64,000 bases of DNA from contig CAYQZD010000005.1 of assembly GCA_964421875.1 (NCBI GenBank), positions 253-64,252 of the forward strand, given 5' to 3'. The stretch is from an uncultured bacterium (lineage in GTDB: Bacteria; Electryoneota; Tariuqbacteria; Tariuqbacterales; Tariuqbacteraceae). The notes beneath the pieces are model-generated. The model was given only the letters and a program-made list of their open reading frames with translations. It was not told the origin of the DNA and made no database searches. The position numbers and the translations under genes were made by a program. Numbering within the stretch: position 1 is the first letter of the stretch; each line of letters starts with the position of its first letter. Shown piece by piece: positions 30,095 through 40,875 of the stretch.

Positions 30095-31378
30095 TTGCCG
30101 CAGCGGGTGAAATTTGTCAATCTGGGCTGCCCGAAAAATCTGGTCGACTCGGAACGGATGGCGGGGCTGCTAAAAGGTGCCGGCTGGAATCCTGTCGAAG
30201 AACAGTCCGTTTGCGAAGCGCTGGTAATCAATACCTGCAGTTTCATCGAGGACGCACGCAGAGAATCGGTGGAAGCTATACTTGAAGGCTCGCGCTGGAA
30301 AGCTGAAAGAAGCGGGCGCAGACTCTATGTCGCGGGCTGCCTGCCCCAACGCTATCCGCAGGAGTTGCGGGCGGAACTGCCGGAAGTCGATGGATTCTTC
30401 AATGTGGGCGAATATCAGGGCTTGGTAGAAGCCGTTTCCAAATCCCCGCTCGCTTCAAGCGGAGTCCGGCGCAGATTCCCCTTCACCCCCCGGCACTACC
30501 GCTACCTCCGCATCGCCGACGGCTGCGACCGAAAATGCGCCTATTGCGCTATCCCCGCCATTAGAGGTCCCTACAGCAGCCGCCCTTTGGATGAATTGGT
30601 CGAGGAGGCAGAAGCTTTAGTGTCGGAAGGCGCGCGAGAGCTGGTGATTGTGGCGCAGGAAATCAACAGCTACGGCAAGGATTTACCCGGCGGCGGGAAT
30701 CTTATCGGTCTCCTCGAAAAGCTCACGGGCATTGAAAGCCTTGATTGGATAAGGCTGATGTATTTACACCCTCCGCTGGTGGAGGAGACTTTGATAGAAT
30801 TCGCCGCGGCGGAATCCAAGATGTGCCCTTACTTCGATTTTCCCATCGAGCATATCGCCGATGGGATACTGCGACGGATGGGGCGGGGGATAACCCGCGC
30901 CGGAATCGAAGGCAAACTTCTCAAGATGAAGGAGTTAATCCCGGACTGCGCGGTTCGCACTTCCATAATGGTCGGATTTCCCGGCGAAGGTGAAGCCGAG
31001 TTTGCGGAACTGGCTGATTTTGTCGCCGAAGGGTGGTTCGACCGCCTTGGAGCCTTTGTCTATTCACCCGAAGCCGGAACCAGAGCCTATTCACTGCAGG
31101 GAGCCGTCCCTCCGGAGGAAGCCGCCTTCCGCCAGGAAACAATAATGGAAATCCAGCGGGAAGTGTCCCTTAAGCGGAACCGGTCAATGGTGGACCAAAA
31201 GCTTAAAGTGTTGGTCGACGAAGCGCTGGATGGCGGCCAGTGGTTTGGCAGAACGGTCTATGACGCCCCGGAAGTGGACGGCGGTGTGATTTTCCGGGGA
31301 GAGGCCGCAGTGAGTGAATTTACGGAAGTTATGGTCACCGAAGCGGGAGAATACGATTTGCAGGGTGTTTCAAAATGA
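30095..31378 (+). CDS. rimO: Ribosomal protein S12 methylthiotransferase RimO (MiaB-like radical SAM + TRAM)
   Basis: VNLGCPKNLVDSE; radical-SAM CDRKCAYCAIP; TTG start. Confidence 0.75.
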   Translation: MPQRVKFVNLGCPKNLVDSERMAGLLKGAGWNPVEEQSVCEALVINTCSFIEDARRESVEAILEGSRWKAERSGRRLYVAGCLPQRYPQELRAELPEVDGFFNVGEYQGLVEAVSKSPLASSGVRRRFPFTPRHYRYLRIADGCDRKCAYCAIPAIRGPYSSRPLDELVEEAEALVSEGARELVIVAQEINSYGKDLPGGGNLIGLLEKLTGIESLDWIRLMYLHPPLVEETLIEFAAAESKMCPYFDFPIEHIADGILRRMGRGITRAGIEGKLLKMKELIPDCAVRTSIMVGFPGEGEAEFAELADFVAEGWFDRLGAFVYSPEAGTRAYSLQGAVPPEEAAFRQETIMEIQREVSLKRNRSMVDQKLKVLVDEALDGGQWFGRTVYDAPEVDGGVIFRGEAAVSEFTEVMVTEAGEYDLQGVSK

Positions 31379-32640
31379 AAAAGATGCCATTATTATCAGC
31401 GCTGCTCATCTTACCGGCGGCTCTAAACTTAATCCTGCCGGGTCAAAGCCTGCCCCAGTATGTCAGGGATCCCCTGCGTATCGACAAGGGCAAATTAAAT
31501 TTTGACTACATTGTGATGTTTGCCGACAGCCTCGACCGGAACCGCCTGAAAATCTTCGCTAACGTTATCTATGACGAACTGCAGTTCATCAAGAAGGATG
31601 ACACTTTTAACGCTCGCTATAGATTCACCTTCACCATCCTCGATATAAACGGAGAATTTCTGGAAAGCAAGCGCGTCAATGGAGAGATAAAAGTCGAGGA
31701 TTTCTTCGAAACCAATTCACGCACTAAGTACCAGGCAGTGGAACGTGATTTTGACCTTCCCCCCGGTGAATATACCGTGAAACTTGAGCTTCTCGATTAT
31801 GAAACCAGGGAATTGAAAACCAACGACCGGAAAGTGGTTATCCCCGGCAGAGTCGGTTCGAATCTGCTGCTCGCGGGACCGATACTCCTGGATACCATTA
31901 TTATCGCCGATGATGGGAGTGTTAAACTGACTCCGGGAGTGTCAGGGGATATCTTTGACGGCAAGGATAATATCTGGGTTTATTTCGAAGTATTTTCCCA
32001 AGAATTTCCGCTTGAATTGAGTATCAATTACCGCCTGCTGGATTCCAAGGGTAAAGTCCGGGTAAACGGAGACTTCAACCGCAGCCTGCAAGGGAATGTG
32101 CTGAGAGATAACTTCTCCCTTGATATTGACCGCTTCCCCTTCGACAATTACAGGCTGATATTCACCGTAAAGAGCGGTCCCCGCTCTGTCAACGGCGCTA
32201 AAAATTTCCGCATCCGCTGGCCCGAACTCCCCTCCACTATCCGCGACCTGGACACCGCTATCGAACAGCTCCGTTATGTCGCCACCGACAAGGATATTTC
32301 CCGTTTGAAGGAAAATTATCCCGGAAGGAAACTGGAACTGTTCCTCCGTTTCTGGTCGAAATGGGGCAAGAATCAGTCGGAATCTTCGCAGTTGATGGAG
32401 GAATACTACCGCAGAATCTGGGAGTCTAACCACAGATTTTCTGATAACGGCTGGCGCAGCGACCGGGGGCACGTTTACGTCGTGCACGGTCCGCCGGACG
32501 AAGTCGACCGCCGTATCGACGACCTCTACAGCCGCACCTACGAAGTCTGGTATTACATCGAGGATAATAAACGATTTGTCTTCGTGGACGATGGAGGCAT
32601 CGGAACCTACAGGCTGCAAAGTCCCTTCTGGGGTAACTGA
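31375..32640 (+). CDS. GWxTD domain-containing protein (FCB-group specific), secreted
   Basis: Signal peptide; C-terminal …FWSKWGKN…SDRGHVYVVHGPPDEV… is the GWxTD signature. Confidence 0.7.
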   Translation: MKKMPLLSALLILPAALNLILPGQSLPQYVRDPLRIDKGKLNFDYIVMFADSLDRNRLKIFANVIYDELQFIKKDDTFNARYRFTFTILDINGEFLESKRVNGEIKVEDFFETNSRTKYQAVERDFDLPPGEYTVKLELLDYETRELKTNDRKVVIPGRVGSNLLLAGPILLDTIIIADDGSVKLTPGVSGDIFDGKDNIWVYFEVFSQEFPLELSINYRLLDSKGKVRVNGDFNRSLQGNVLRDNFSLDIDRFPFDNYRLIFTVKSGPRSVNGAKNFRIRWPELPSTIRDLDTAIEQLRYVATDKDISRLKENYPGRKLELFLRFWSKWGKNQSESSQLMEEYYRRIWESNHRFSDNGWRSDRGHVYVVHGPPDEVDRRIDDLYSRTYEVWYYIEDNKRFVFVDDGGIGTYRLQSPFWGN

Positions 32641-32642
32641 AA

Positions 32643-33614
32643 TTGGCCGGAAGTATGTTTTCGCACGGGAGAGAGGATACTGACATCATAAAACCTCATC
32701 CCCTGAAAAAGGGGGACGGTGTGGCGGTAGTTTCGCCGGCTTCAGCAGGCAAACCCGAACGCTTCGAGCCCGCTTTGAATCGCCTTAAATCCTGGGGATT
32801 CAGACCGGTTGAGGGGAACCACGCCAGAGCTAATTTGAAGTACTTCGCCGCACCCGACTTCGAGAGAGCCGCTGATTTCAATCGATACCTCGATTCGCCT
32901 CAGGTTTCCGCTATCATCGCTTCCCGCGGGGGATACGGATGTTCCAGACTGCTCCCGATGCTGGATTACGGCGGAGCATTGAGAGGACGGAAGCTAATCC
33001 TTGGTGGGTCGGATTTAACCGCTCTGCTCTGGGCGGTACATCAAAAAACCGGTTTGGTCACATTTTACGGTCCTATGGCGCTGGAAATCGGGGCGGGACC
33101 GGAACCGTTTTCGGAGACAATGCTGAAGAAAGCGTTGTCGGGGAACCTGGAGGGCGGCGTGGAATTCCCCCCTCACCATCGACCGGCCGAGATTATCCCC
33201 GGCGCTGCTGAAGGGCGGCTCATCGGGGGATGCCTCTCGCTGGTGGTCAACCTGCTGGGAACCGAATACTTCGGGGACATCGACGGCAGAATATTGTTTC
33301 TGGAAGAAATAGGCGAGAAGCCTTTCAGGATAGACCGGATGCTGACCCAGCTCCGAAACGCCGGAGTATTCGACCGCATCGCCGGCCTTCTGCTGGGGGA
33401 TTTCAAAGACTGTTGGGCGGAGGGTGAGGAGGATTCTTTTACACTGGAGGAGATAATCGACCAGCTTGTTGGGGATAAAGGGATTCCGGTGATGGGAAAC
33501 CTTCCCTTCGGCCATGACCAAATAAAAATGATCCTGCCCTTAGGGGTAGAAGTATATTTCAACGCTGAAGCCGGGACTATGGTTTTTCTGGAAGAGGCGG
33601 TTTCGGAAGAGTAA
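32643..33614 (+). CDS. ldcA: LD-carboxypeptidase (peptidase S66, muramoyltetrapeptide carboxypeptidase)
   Basis: KGDGVAVVSPASAG…IIASRGGYGCSRLL…LPFGH. Confidence 0.8.
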   Translation: MAGSMFSHGREDTDIIKPHPLKKGDGVAVVSPASAGKPERFEPALNRLKSWGFRPVEGNHARANLKYFAAPDFERAADFNRYLDSPQVSAIIASRGGYGCSRLLPMLDYGGALRGRKLILGGSDLTALLWAVHQKTGLVTFYGPMALEIGAGPEPFSETMLKKALSGNLEGGVEFPPHHRPAEIIPGAAEGRLIGGCLSLVVNLLGTEYFGDIDGRILFLEEIGEKPFRIDRMLTQLRNAGVFDRIAGLLLGDFKDCWAEGEEDSFTLEEIIDQLVGDKGIPVMGNLPFGHDQIKMILPLGVEVYFNAEAGTMVFLEEAVSEE

Positions 33615-33648
33615 CTAATGGAAAAATCTGCAGGAAAATGGTAATAAT

Positions 33649-34290
33649 ATGCCGGAAGATGGATTGAGATTGGCGGTGTTCGCTTCCGGGCGGGGCAGCG
33701 ATTTCCTCTCGCTGGTGGAAGCTTCACAGAAGGAGGATTTGGGCTGGCGAGTGACGTTACTGATAACCAACAATCCGGAAGCGGGAGCTATCGAAAAGGC
33801 CGAAAAGCACGGTATCCCTCACCAAGTGATCAATCGCAGGGACTTCGCTGAGCGGAACGACTTCGTGCGTACGCTGCTGGAGACTTTCCAGGAATATCGG
33901 ATTAATTTTATAGCGCTGGCGGGGTATTTGCGGAAAATACCACCGGAGGTTATCCGCCGCTTCCCCGGACGGATGGTGAACATCCATCCCGCTCTGCTCC
34001 CCTCCTTTGGCGGGAAAGGGATGTACGGCGAGCGGGTGCATCAGGCTGTGCTGGACACCGGATGCAAAGTCAGCGGCGTCACCGTCCATATTGTCGATGA
34101 AGAATACGACTGTGGTCCCATTGTCGCTCAGCGCATAGTCGAAGTCCGCGATGACGATGACTGCGAATCCCTGGCAGCGAGAGTGCTCGAAGTTGAACAT
34201 AAGCTCTATCCTGAAGCGCTGACCTGGTTCGCTCAAGGCAGGGTGCGCTTTGAAGGCAGGCGGGTTAAAATTTTAAAAGAGGAACAGTGA
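33649..34290 (+). CDS. purN: Phosphoribosylglycinamide formyltransferase
   Basis: NIHPALLPSFGG, VTVHIVDEEYDCGPI. Confidence 0.9.
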   Translation: MPEDGLRLAVFASGRGSDFLSLVEASQKEDLGWRVTLLITNNPEAGAIEKAEKHGIPHQVINRRDFAERNDFVRTLLETFQEYRINFIALAGYLRKIPPEVIRRFPGRMVNIHPALLPSFGGKGMYGERVHQAVLDTGCKVSGVTVHIVDEEYDCGPIVAQRIVEVRDDDDCESLAARVLEVEHKLYPEALTWFAQGRVRFEGRRVKILKEEQ

Positions 34291-35813
34291 ACAAGTTTGA
34301 AATCAAGCGGGCGCTGCTAAGCGTCTCGGATAAAACCGGAATAGTCGAACTGGCGAAAATCTTAACCGGCGCCGGAGTGGAAATTATATCCAGCGGAGGG
34401 ACGGCGAAAATTTTACGAGAGGCGGGATTGAAGGCGCTCGAAGTCTCCGATTACACCGATTCGCCGGAAATATTCGGAGGGAGGGTGAAAACCCTCCATC
34501 CTCGAATTCACGGCGGTATCCTGATGCGCCGCGGCAATGAAGAAGACCTCAAACAGGCGGCGGATAAATCGGTACTCCCCATAGACCTGGTGGTGGTGAA
34601 CCTCTACCCCTTCAAAGAGAAGGTTATAGAATCCACACCCGAAAACCAAGCCCTGGAGGAGATTGACATCGGCGGCGTGGCGCTGCTCAGGGCGGCGGCG
34701 AAAAACTTTCCCGGAGTGGTAACGCTATGCTCGCCAGACCAGTATGGCGAATTCATCGAAGCGTTTCACGGTAAAAGCGGAATCACCATGGAACAACGCC
34801 GGAACTGGGCGCGGCAAGCCTTCTTGCACACCGCTGAATACGATTCCGCGATACACGCCTATCTTACCAGCGGCGAAGGCAGCTTGCGGATTCGGGGAGA
34901 ACTTAAGCAGGAACTCCGTTACGGCGAAAATCCCCACCAAAAAGCCTGGTGGTACGCCTCGGACAATACCGGAATGAGTTCCAGCCGCCAGCTCTGGGGG
35001 AAAGCGCTCTCATATTTGAACGTAATGGATCTCGACGCCGCACTAAACATTGTTCATGATTTCGAACCGCCGGCTTGCGTTATCATTAAACACACCACGC
35101 CCTGCGGTTTGGCGCTGGGTGAAAATCCGGTCCAGGCTTATCGCCGAGCCTTCTCCTGCGACACCAGGTCCCCCTTCGGAGGAATTGTCGGATTTAACCG
35201 GGAAGTGGACTTAGAAGCGGCGGAAAGGATGGCGAAAATTTTTTTAGAAGGGATAATCGCGCCGGGATTTACTAAAGAAGCCCTGACAAGACTGAAGAAA
35301 AAGAAAAACCTGCGCCTGATGGAATGCCCCGATTGGAAGCCACCCCAACAATTAAAAACTGCAACCGTTTCCGGAGGGTACCTGGTTCAGGAATCAGATA
35401 CTGCTCCTTTCAGGCGGGAAGACTTCAAAGTCGCCACTAAAATCCAGCCCTCGGAGGAGCAGTGGGAAGCCTTGATTTTCGGCGCTAAGGCGGTCAAATG
35501 GATCAAATCCAATGCGGTGGTATTGAACAATCGTTATCAGACGCTGGGCATCGGCGGAGGGCAGACCGCCCGCGTTGGAGCGGTGGAAATCGCAGTGGCT
35601 AACGCGCGGCTTTTCCGGCACGACTTGCAGGGGTCGGTGATGGCTTCCGACGCATTTTTCCCCTTCCCCGATTCTGTCGAAGAGGCGGCCAGAGTCGGCG
35701 TTAAGGCTGTGGTGCAGCCGGGAGGGTCGGTTCGAGATGAAGAAGTTATCGAGGCGGCGAACAAGCTCGGTATTGCTATGGTCCTTACCGGAAAGCGTCA
35801 TTTCCGACATTGA
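34287..35813 (+). CDS. purH: Bifunctional AICAR transformylase/IMP cyclohydrolase
   Basis: KRALLSVSDKTGIVELAK…SSGGTAK. 4-nt overlap with purN. Confidence 0.9.
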   Translation: MNKFEIKRALLSVSDKTGIVELAKILTGAGVEIISSGGTAKILREAGLKALEVSDYTDSPEIFGGRVKTLHPRIHGGILMRRGNEEDLKQAADKSVLPIDLVVVNLYPFKEKVIESTPENQALEEIDIGGVALLRAAAKNFPGVVTLCSPDQYGEFIEAFHGKSGITMEQRRNWARQAFLHTAEYDSAIHAYLTSGEGSLRIRGELKQELRYGENPHQKAWWYASDNTGMSSSRQLWGKALSYLNVMDLDAALNIVHDFEPPACVIIKHTTPCGLALGENPVQAYRRAFSCDTRSPFGGIVGFNREVDLEAAERMAKIFLEGIIAPGFTKEALTRLKKKKNLRLMECPDWKPPQQLKTATVSGGYLVQESDTAPFRREDFKVATKIQPSEEQWEALIFGAKAVKWIKSNAVVLNNRYQTLGIGGGQTARVGAVEIAVANARLFRHDLQGSVMASDAFFPFPDSVEEAARVGVKAVVQPGGSVRDEEVIEAANKLGIAMVLTGKRHFRH

Positions 35814-35924
35814 TTTATAATTGCGCGAATCAAAATTCACTATAATGACTGTGACAGGGAGGTACACAATATAGCGATGAATTACATAACTCAGCGAAAA
35901 GCTGAATATAGGTTGAAGAACCGT

Positions 35925-36947
35925 ATGCTGTTTTCATTTAGCAGTCTATTTTCCAGCGATATTGCCATTGACTTAGGAACGGCGAACACCCTGGTCTACG
36001 TCAAAGGAAAAGGTATCGTTATTCGCGAACCCTCGATGGTTGCTCTGCAAAAAGACAATCATAAAATGGTGGCGGTGGGTTACGAAGCCCGGGAAATGCT
36101 GGGGAAAACTCACAAGAGCATCGAAGTGGTTCGTCCGATGTGCGACGGAGTAATCGACGACGATGAGATTGCGGAGGAGATGATTCGTTATTTCATTCGC
36201 AAGGTTCACCGCAACCGCTTGATTCGCCCTCGAGTGACCATCTGCGTCCCCTCAGGTGTGACCAAGGCCGAGAAACGGATTATCAAAGACAGCGCGGAAC
36301 ACGCCGGCGCACGTGAAGTGTATCTAATCGCAGAGCCGATGGCGGCGGCAATGGGTGTAGGACTCCCGGTCAATGAACCGGTAGCCTCGATGGTAATTGA
36401 CATCGGCGGCGGAACCACCGAAATCGCGGTGATATCGTTGGGCGGTATCGTAAACGATATCTCCGTCCGCGTCGCCGGAGACGAAATGGACGACACCATC
36501 CTCCAGTTTATGCGCCGTAACCATAACCTCCTGATCGGGGTGCGCTCCGCGGAAGATGTGAAATGTAATATCGGCACAGCTATGCCGCTGGATAAAGAAC
36601 TCACTATGACCGTCAAGGGACGCGATTTGGTGTCAGGCATCCCCAAAGCGATAGAAATAAACTCCGTGGAAATCCGAACTGCGCTCGCTGAACCCCTCAA
36701 TGCGATTGTGGACGCGGTAAAACTGACCCTGGAAAAAACCCCGCCTGAATTATCCGCCGACATCAGAGACCGGGGGATTATCCTGACCGGAGGCGGCTCC
36801 CTGCTAAAAGGACTGGATATGCTCCTCCGAGAAGAAACCAGTCTTCCAATCAATCTGGCGGAAGACCCCTTGACCTGTGTAGTGCGCGGAACCGGCAACG
36901 TTCTAGACAATCTCACAAAGTTTGAAAAACTGCTGCTGGATAACTGA
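35925..36947 (+). CDS. mreB: Rod shape-determining protein MreB
   Basis: MLFSFSSLFSSDIAIDLGTANTLVYV… The ATG at 35925 fits the canonical MreB N-terminus. The track ORF 35877 is a 5' over-extension. Confidence 0.9.
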   Translation: MLFSFSSLFSSDIAIDLGTANTLVYVKGKGIVIREPSMVALQKDNHKMVAVGYEAREMLGKTHKSIEVVRPMCDGVIDDDEIAEEMIRYFIRKVHRNRLIRPRVTICVPSGVTKAEKRIIKDSAEHAGAREVYLIAEPMAAAMGVGLPVNEPVASMVIDIGGGTTEIAVISLGGIVNDISVRVAGDEMDDTILQFMRRNHNLLIGVRSAEDVKCNIGTAMPLDKELTMTVKGRDLVSGIPKAIEINSVEIRTALAEPLNAIVDAVKLTLEKTPPELSADIRDRGIILTGGGSLLKGLDMLLREETSLPINLAEDPLTCVVRGTGNVLDNLTKFEKLLLDN

Positions 36948-37059
36948 GGCGATTACAGAGTAACGAAAAACAGTCTTGTCATTTCGAGCGAGGCAAAGCA
37001 ATTAAGCGAAGAGCCACTTTATAAAATAAGTATAGCTGACTTTTCAATCCCTCCCCTCT

Positions 37060-37845
37060 ATGTCAGAATTCATCTACAGATTCAGAGTCTATATTACGTT
37101 GGTTTTGTGTTCCGCCGCGAGTCTGATAATTCTCAACACCAACCAAAACGCCCAGATCGAGATTCTAAGGTTGAAAGTCTCCACCGCCGCAAGTTTCATC
37201 ACCCGCCCCTTACTTTTCATACCTCGAACCATTAGCCTCTATGCCGATAACCGGAGCTTGAACCGCGAATTATTCCGGCTCGGTCAGGAGAATGCTGCGC
37301 TCCGCGAAATGAGGGCGGAAAACGAGCGTCTCCGAGCGATGTTGAATTTCGTGCACCCCACTGAACTGCGCTATATCCCAGCCATCGTTGTGGGAAAAAG
37401 CTCCGGCGGATTGGTGAACAGCATTACTATCGACCGGGGACGGGAGGACGGAGTGTCGGACGGCTTTCCGGTGGTCTCCGCAGCGGGACTGGCGGGGCAG
37501 GTGGTGAAAGCTGATAAGAACAGCGCCCTTTGCCAGCTTCTGCTGGACAATCATTTCGGAGCGGCGGTTAAAGACCAGCGCAGCCGGGTGGACGGCATCA
37601 TTCACTGGAACAGCGGAGACCTCTGCCGGCTGGATGGAATACCAGCCACGCTGGAGGTCAGTGTGGGGGACACCCTGGTCACCTCCGGACTGGACGGAGT
37701 CTATCCCAAGGGAATCAATGTGGGAGTGGTCATCAAGGTGCGCCGGGAGCGGGCCACCCTGTTCCAGGAAATCATGGTCGAACCATTCACCGATTTCCGC
37801 CGCCTGGAGGAAGTCTTCATATTGATACCGGAAAAATCGAAATAA
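37060..37845 (+). CDS. mreC: Rod shape-determining protein MreC
   Basis: TM anchor, coiled coil, and C-terminal β-domain GLVVSAAGLAGQVV, SGLDGVYPKGINVGVV. Confidence 0.85.
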   Translation: MSEFIYRFRVYITLVLCSAASLIILNTNQNAQIEILRLKVSTAASFITRPLLFIPRTISLYADNRSLNRELFRLGQENAALREMRAENERLRAMLNFVHPTELRYIPAIVVGKSSGGLVNSITIDRGREDGVSDGFPVVSAAGLAGQVVKADKNSALCQLLLDNHFGAAVKDQRSRVDGIIHWNSGDLCRLDGIPATLEVSVGDTLVTSGLDGVYPKGINVGVVIKVRRERATLFQEIMVEPFTDFRRLEEVFILIPEKSK

Positions 37846-37894
37846 GCCAAGAATAATTGACCTCTAAATATTTTTTTCGTATATTGTTCATAGT

Positions 37895-38386
37895 ATGAAC
37901 GATTTCAGCCGAATTAATCGAAAAAGTCCCAGACTGAACTGGTCTTCGGAATCGATACTGCAAGCCCTCGACCAACTGACGAACTCATACCGCTCACTGG
38001 AAAACCGCCGCGCTGAAAAAGCGGGACTCACCAGCGCAGAAGCGCGCTGTATGATGTGCTTCAACCGCGATAAGTACCATACTGTAAAAGGCCTTGCGGC
38101 TGAATTAGGACTGGTGAAAAGCCGTATCACCCGAATCGCAGACGGACTGGCGAAAAAGGGATTGACTGAACGTCTTCCCGACCCCGAAGACCGGCGAATC
38201 TGTATGATGAGACTGACACCGGATGGAGTAAAAAAGCTGGAAGAACTAAACCGTTGCTGCCATGAAACTCTCGAAAGTCTCTTCCATGACGCCACCTTAG
38301 AGAGAAAAGGGCAGATTTTGGGTACACTGGCGGAAATCACCGGTAGTCTGGAACAGGCGAACCTGCGGGAACCTTCGAGCCTTTGA
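37895..38386 (+). CDS. MarR-family transcriptional regulator
   Basis: wHTH LTSAEARCMMCFNRDKYHTVKGLAAELGLVKSRITRIADGLAKKGL…RLPDPEDRR. Confidence 0.8.
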   Translation: MNDFSRINRKSPRLNWSSESILQALDQLTNSYRSLENRRAEKAGLTSAEARCMMCFNRDKYHTVKGLAAELGLVKSRITRIADGLAKKGLTERLPDPEDRRICMMRLTPDGVKKLEELNRCCHETLESLFHDATLERKGQILGTLAEITGSLEQANLREPSSL

Positions 38387-38423
38387 TTAAGTGTAATCGA
38401 TTGACAATGGCAACGAACAAACA

Positions 38424-38543
38424 ATGAAGACGAGAAATTTTCAGCGGACTATTATGACCGACGCGATCATTATTATAATATTCGCCGTCACCTGGATTCT
38501 GCTTCAAACTGTAATTCTACCCAAACTGGGAGTGCCGACCTGA
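38424..38543 (+). CDS. Possible 39-aa hydrophobic peptide
   Basis: MKTRNFQRTIMTDAIIIIIFAVTWILLQTVILPKLGVPT. Single TM helix, no clear RBS. Below the track cutoff. Confidence 0.25.
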   Translation: MKTRNFQRTIMTDAIIIIIFAVTWILLQTVILPKLGVPT

Positions 38544-38685
38544 GCCTCCCAAGCCTGCGATATCGAGGATCGATACCAGAAAAAAGAAATTCTACGCGAA
38601 GGAGAATCCAAGGAGACAAACCAAGCGAAAAAGAGAGAAACGGAATCGAAAAATAATACTGAAATCGATGATAAGAGGTGATTAA

Positions 38686-38880
38686 ATGCCCATTTTCGAA
38701 TATATATGCTTGAAGTGCGGCGCCGAGTTCTCGGAATTGATTCGCACCGATGAGGAGAAACCGAAATGCCCGGTCTGCGCCGGGGAAAAGGTGGAGAAGA
38801 AAGTATCTTCCTTTGCTTCGAGCGGGGAGAGTCATAGCGGTTTCTCTACCGGTCAAACTTCCTGCTCACCCTTCGGTTGA
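38686..38880 (+). CDS. FmdB-family zinc-ribbon protein
   Basis: MPIFEYICLKCGAEFSEL…KPKCPVCAG. Confidence 0.8.
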   Translation: MPIFEYICLKCGAEFSELIRTDEEKPKCPVCAGEKVEKKVSSFASSGESHSGFSTGQTSCSPFG

Positions 38881-38925
38881 GGATAAGAAAAAGGCGGCCG
38901 GAGGCCGCCTCGCATCTCTAAAACC

Positions 38926-38951
38926 AGCCGCGGCTCAGCCGCGGCTTTTTC
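38926..38951 (+). terminator. Rho-independent terminator after fmdB
   Basis: agccgcggct-c-agccgcggct GC-rich hairpin followed by ttttt. Confidence 0.6.
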
Positions 38952-39024
38952 GTTTCAATTCTGGTAACACTTTACTTAGCTGAAGCGCTAAAGTCATTCT
39001 GGCTGCAAAGCAAGCCAGAATCCT

Positions 39025-39098
39025 TCTTTTCCGGAGGGATTCCGGCTGCGCCGGAATGACCATCTTGCTTAATACTTCATAACGCTATAGTTTTACCA
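39025..39098 (+). repeat. About 95-bp composite hairpin element, copy 2
   Basis: See 25828..25921. Lies between the fmdB terminator and rluB. Confidence 0.65.
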
Positions 39099-39103
39099 TA
39101 AAC

Positions 39104-39793
39104 CTAAAGTCTTACCAATTCCCGCACTTCCTCAGATGTCAAATACCGCCATTCCCCCTCCGGCAGATTCCCCAGCGTAAGCGTATCTTCCCGCACCCGT
39201 TTCAGTTTCACCACCCGTTTCCCCACTGTTTCCGCCATCCGACGTATCTGACGCTTCAATCCCTGCCTTAAAACCACCCGGTAAGCGCCTCCACCCAGGT
39301 CCTCTATCCGGTGGAAACGGCACTTAGTCCCGTCCAGATTCACTCCGCAGGTCAACCGTTGAATATCGGACGGGGTGAAAGGATGGTTCAGTTCGATGAC
39401 ATATTCCTTCTCTACCTCCTGCGAAGGATGGGTCAGGGAATAGGCTAATTTCCCGTCGTTGGTCAAGAGCAACAATCCGGTCGAATTTTTATCCAACCGT
39501 CCCACCGGATAAACCCGTTGCTGAACCTTTACGATGTCGAGCACGGTGGAGCCCTTCTCCCGCCCGCTCCTGCAGGTGGACAACACCCCCGCCGGTTTGT
39601 GAAGCATTATATAGACCGGCTCCTCCGCTCGGAGGCTGACGCCTTCGACTGTAACCTTATCCCGTTCCGGGTCGACCGGAGTGGTGATTTCGGCGCACGC
39701 GCCGTTCACTTCCACCGCGCCCTGCAAGACAAGCTCCTCCGCCCGCCGCCGGGAACAATAACCCATTTGAGCGATATATTTTGCCAAACGCAT
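39104..39793 (-). CDS. rluB: Pseudouridine synthase, RsuA/RluB family (S4 domain + catalytic domain)
   Basis: MRLAKYIAQMGYCSRRRAEELVLQG… (S4), …VGRLDKNSTGLLLLTNDG (catalytic Asp motif). Confidence 0.85.
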   Translation of the reverse strand: MRLAKYIAQMGYCSRRRAEELVLQGAVEVNGACAEITTPVDPERDKVTVEGVSLRAEEPVYIMLHKPAGVLSTCRSGREKGSTVLDIVKVQQRVYPVGRLDKNSTGLLLLTNDGKLAYSLTHPSQEVEKEYVIELNHPFTPSDIQRLTCGVNLDGTKCRFHRIEDLGGGAYRVVLRQGLKRQIRRMAETVGKRVVKLKRVREDTLTLGNLPEGEWRYLTSEEVRELVRL

Positions 39794-39854
39794 CTAAACA
39801 ATACCGAAGACCGAAAACCGAACTCCAACTTATGTCAATCGTTCATCGGCGGTC

Positions 39855-40643
39855 TCAGCTCGATTCGCCACCCTCGTCCACCTTTATCTCCGGGCTTGCC
39901 TTCAGCCCCTTGATGAAGGGCTGGAACAGATCGATGGGCACCGGGAAGATAGTGGTGGAGTTGTTCTCAGCAGCTACTTCGGACAGGGTCTGCAAATAGC
40001 GAAGCTGCAGCGCCATAGGATGGTCGCCGATGATAGTGGCAGCTTCCGCCAAACGGGTCGCGGCTTGGAACTCGCCTTCGGCGTTGATAACCTTGGCGCG
40101 GCGCTCGCGCTCTGCCTCAGCCTGACGCGCCATTGCACGCTTCATCTCCTGCGGCAAATCCACATGCTTGATTTCCACCCGCCTGACCTTGATGCCCCAG
40201 GGATCGGTGTCGGTGTCTAAAATGCGTTGGATGTCCTGGTTCAGCTTGTCCCTTTCAGACAGTAAGTCGTCTAAATCGGCCCGGCCTAAAATGCTCCTCA
40301 GTGTGGTCTGGCTGTGCTGAGAAATAGCGTAAGGATAATTGACCACCGCGATAATAGCCTTCTCCGGGTCCATCACCCGGTAAGTTATGACCGCATTCAC
40401 CTGCACTGAGACATTGTCCTTGGTGATGATGTCTTGAGGGGGAACGTCGAAAACCACATCCTGAATGTTCACGCGGTTGAGCTGATCGATGATGGGGATG
40501 AGGATGATAAGCCCCGGTCCTTTAACCCTGCCAGTATAACGGCCCAATCTCAACACCACAGCGCGCTCCCACTCTTTCAACACCCGAATGGCGCTGGCAA
40601 GAATGATAACAGCCAGCACGATGATGGCGATGTAGAGAGACAT
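39855..40643 (-). CDS. SPFH/band-7 (stomatin/HflC-like) membrane protein
   Basis: N-terminal [18 protein letters not shown]…[25 protein letters not shown]. Confidence 0.85.
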   Translation of the reverse strand: MSLYIAIIVLAVIILASAIRVLKEWERAVVLRLGRYTGRVKGPGLIILIPIIDQLNRVNIQDVVFDVPPQDIITKDNVSVQVNAVITYRVMDPEKAIIAVVNYPYAISQHSQTTLRSILGRADLDDLLSERDKLNQDIQRILDTDTDPWGIKVRRVEIKHVDLPQEMKRAMARQAEAERERRAKVINAEGEFQAATRLAEAATIIGDHPMALQLRYLQTLSEVAAENNSTTIFPVPIDLFQPFIKGLKASPEIKVDEGGESS

Positions 40644-40875
40644 AGGTTCTCCTTGATATATTGATACTGTGAGTTACGACACTATGAGATTCAGAATGAT
40701 TCAATATAATGATTACTGAGGGAATTAGCAAAGAATTGTAGGATTGATTCATCGACCGTCAGAATATTATTTACTAAAACCTTGACAATCAATTATGAAT
40801 TGACTAAATTTAATTGTCCGAATAATATCTCTAACAAATTCAAGACGGTTATTAGACTCATCTAATCAGCGGGTA

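Noticed and set aside
35877-35924. 5' extension of mreB (track start 35877)
   Set aside because: The MreB N-terminus aligns from the ATG at 35925 (MLFSF…DIAIDLGTANT). The upstream residues are not conserved in MreB.
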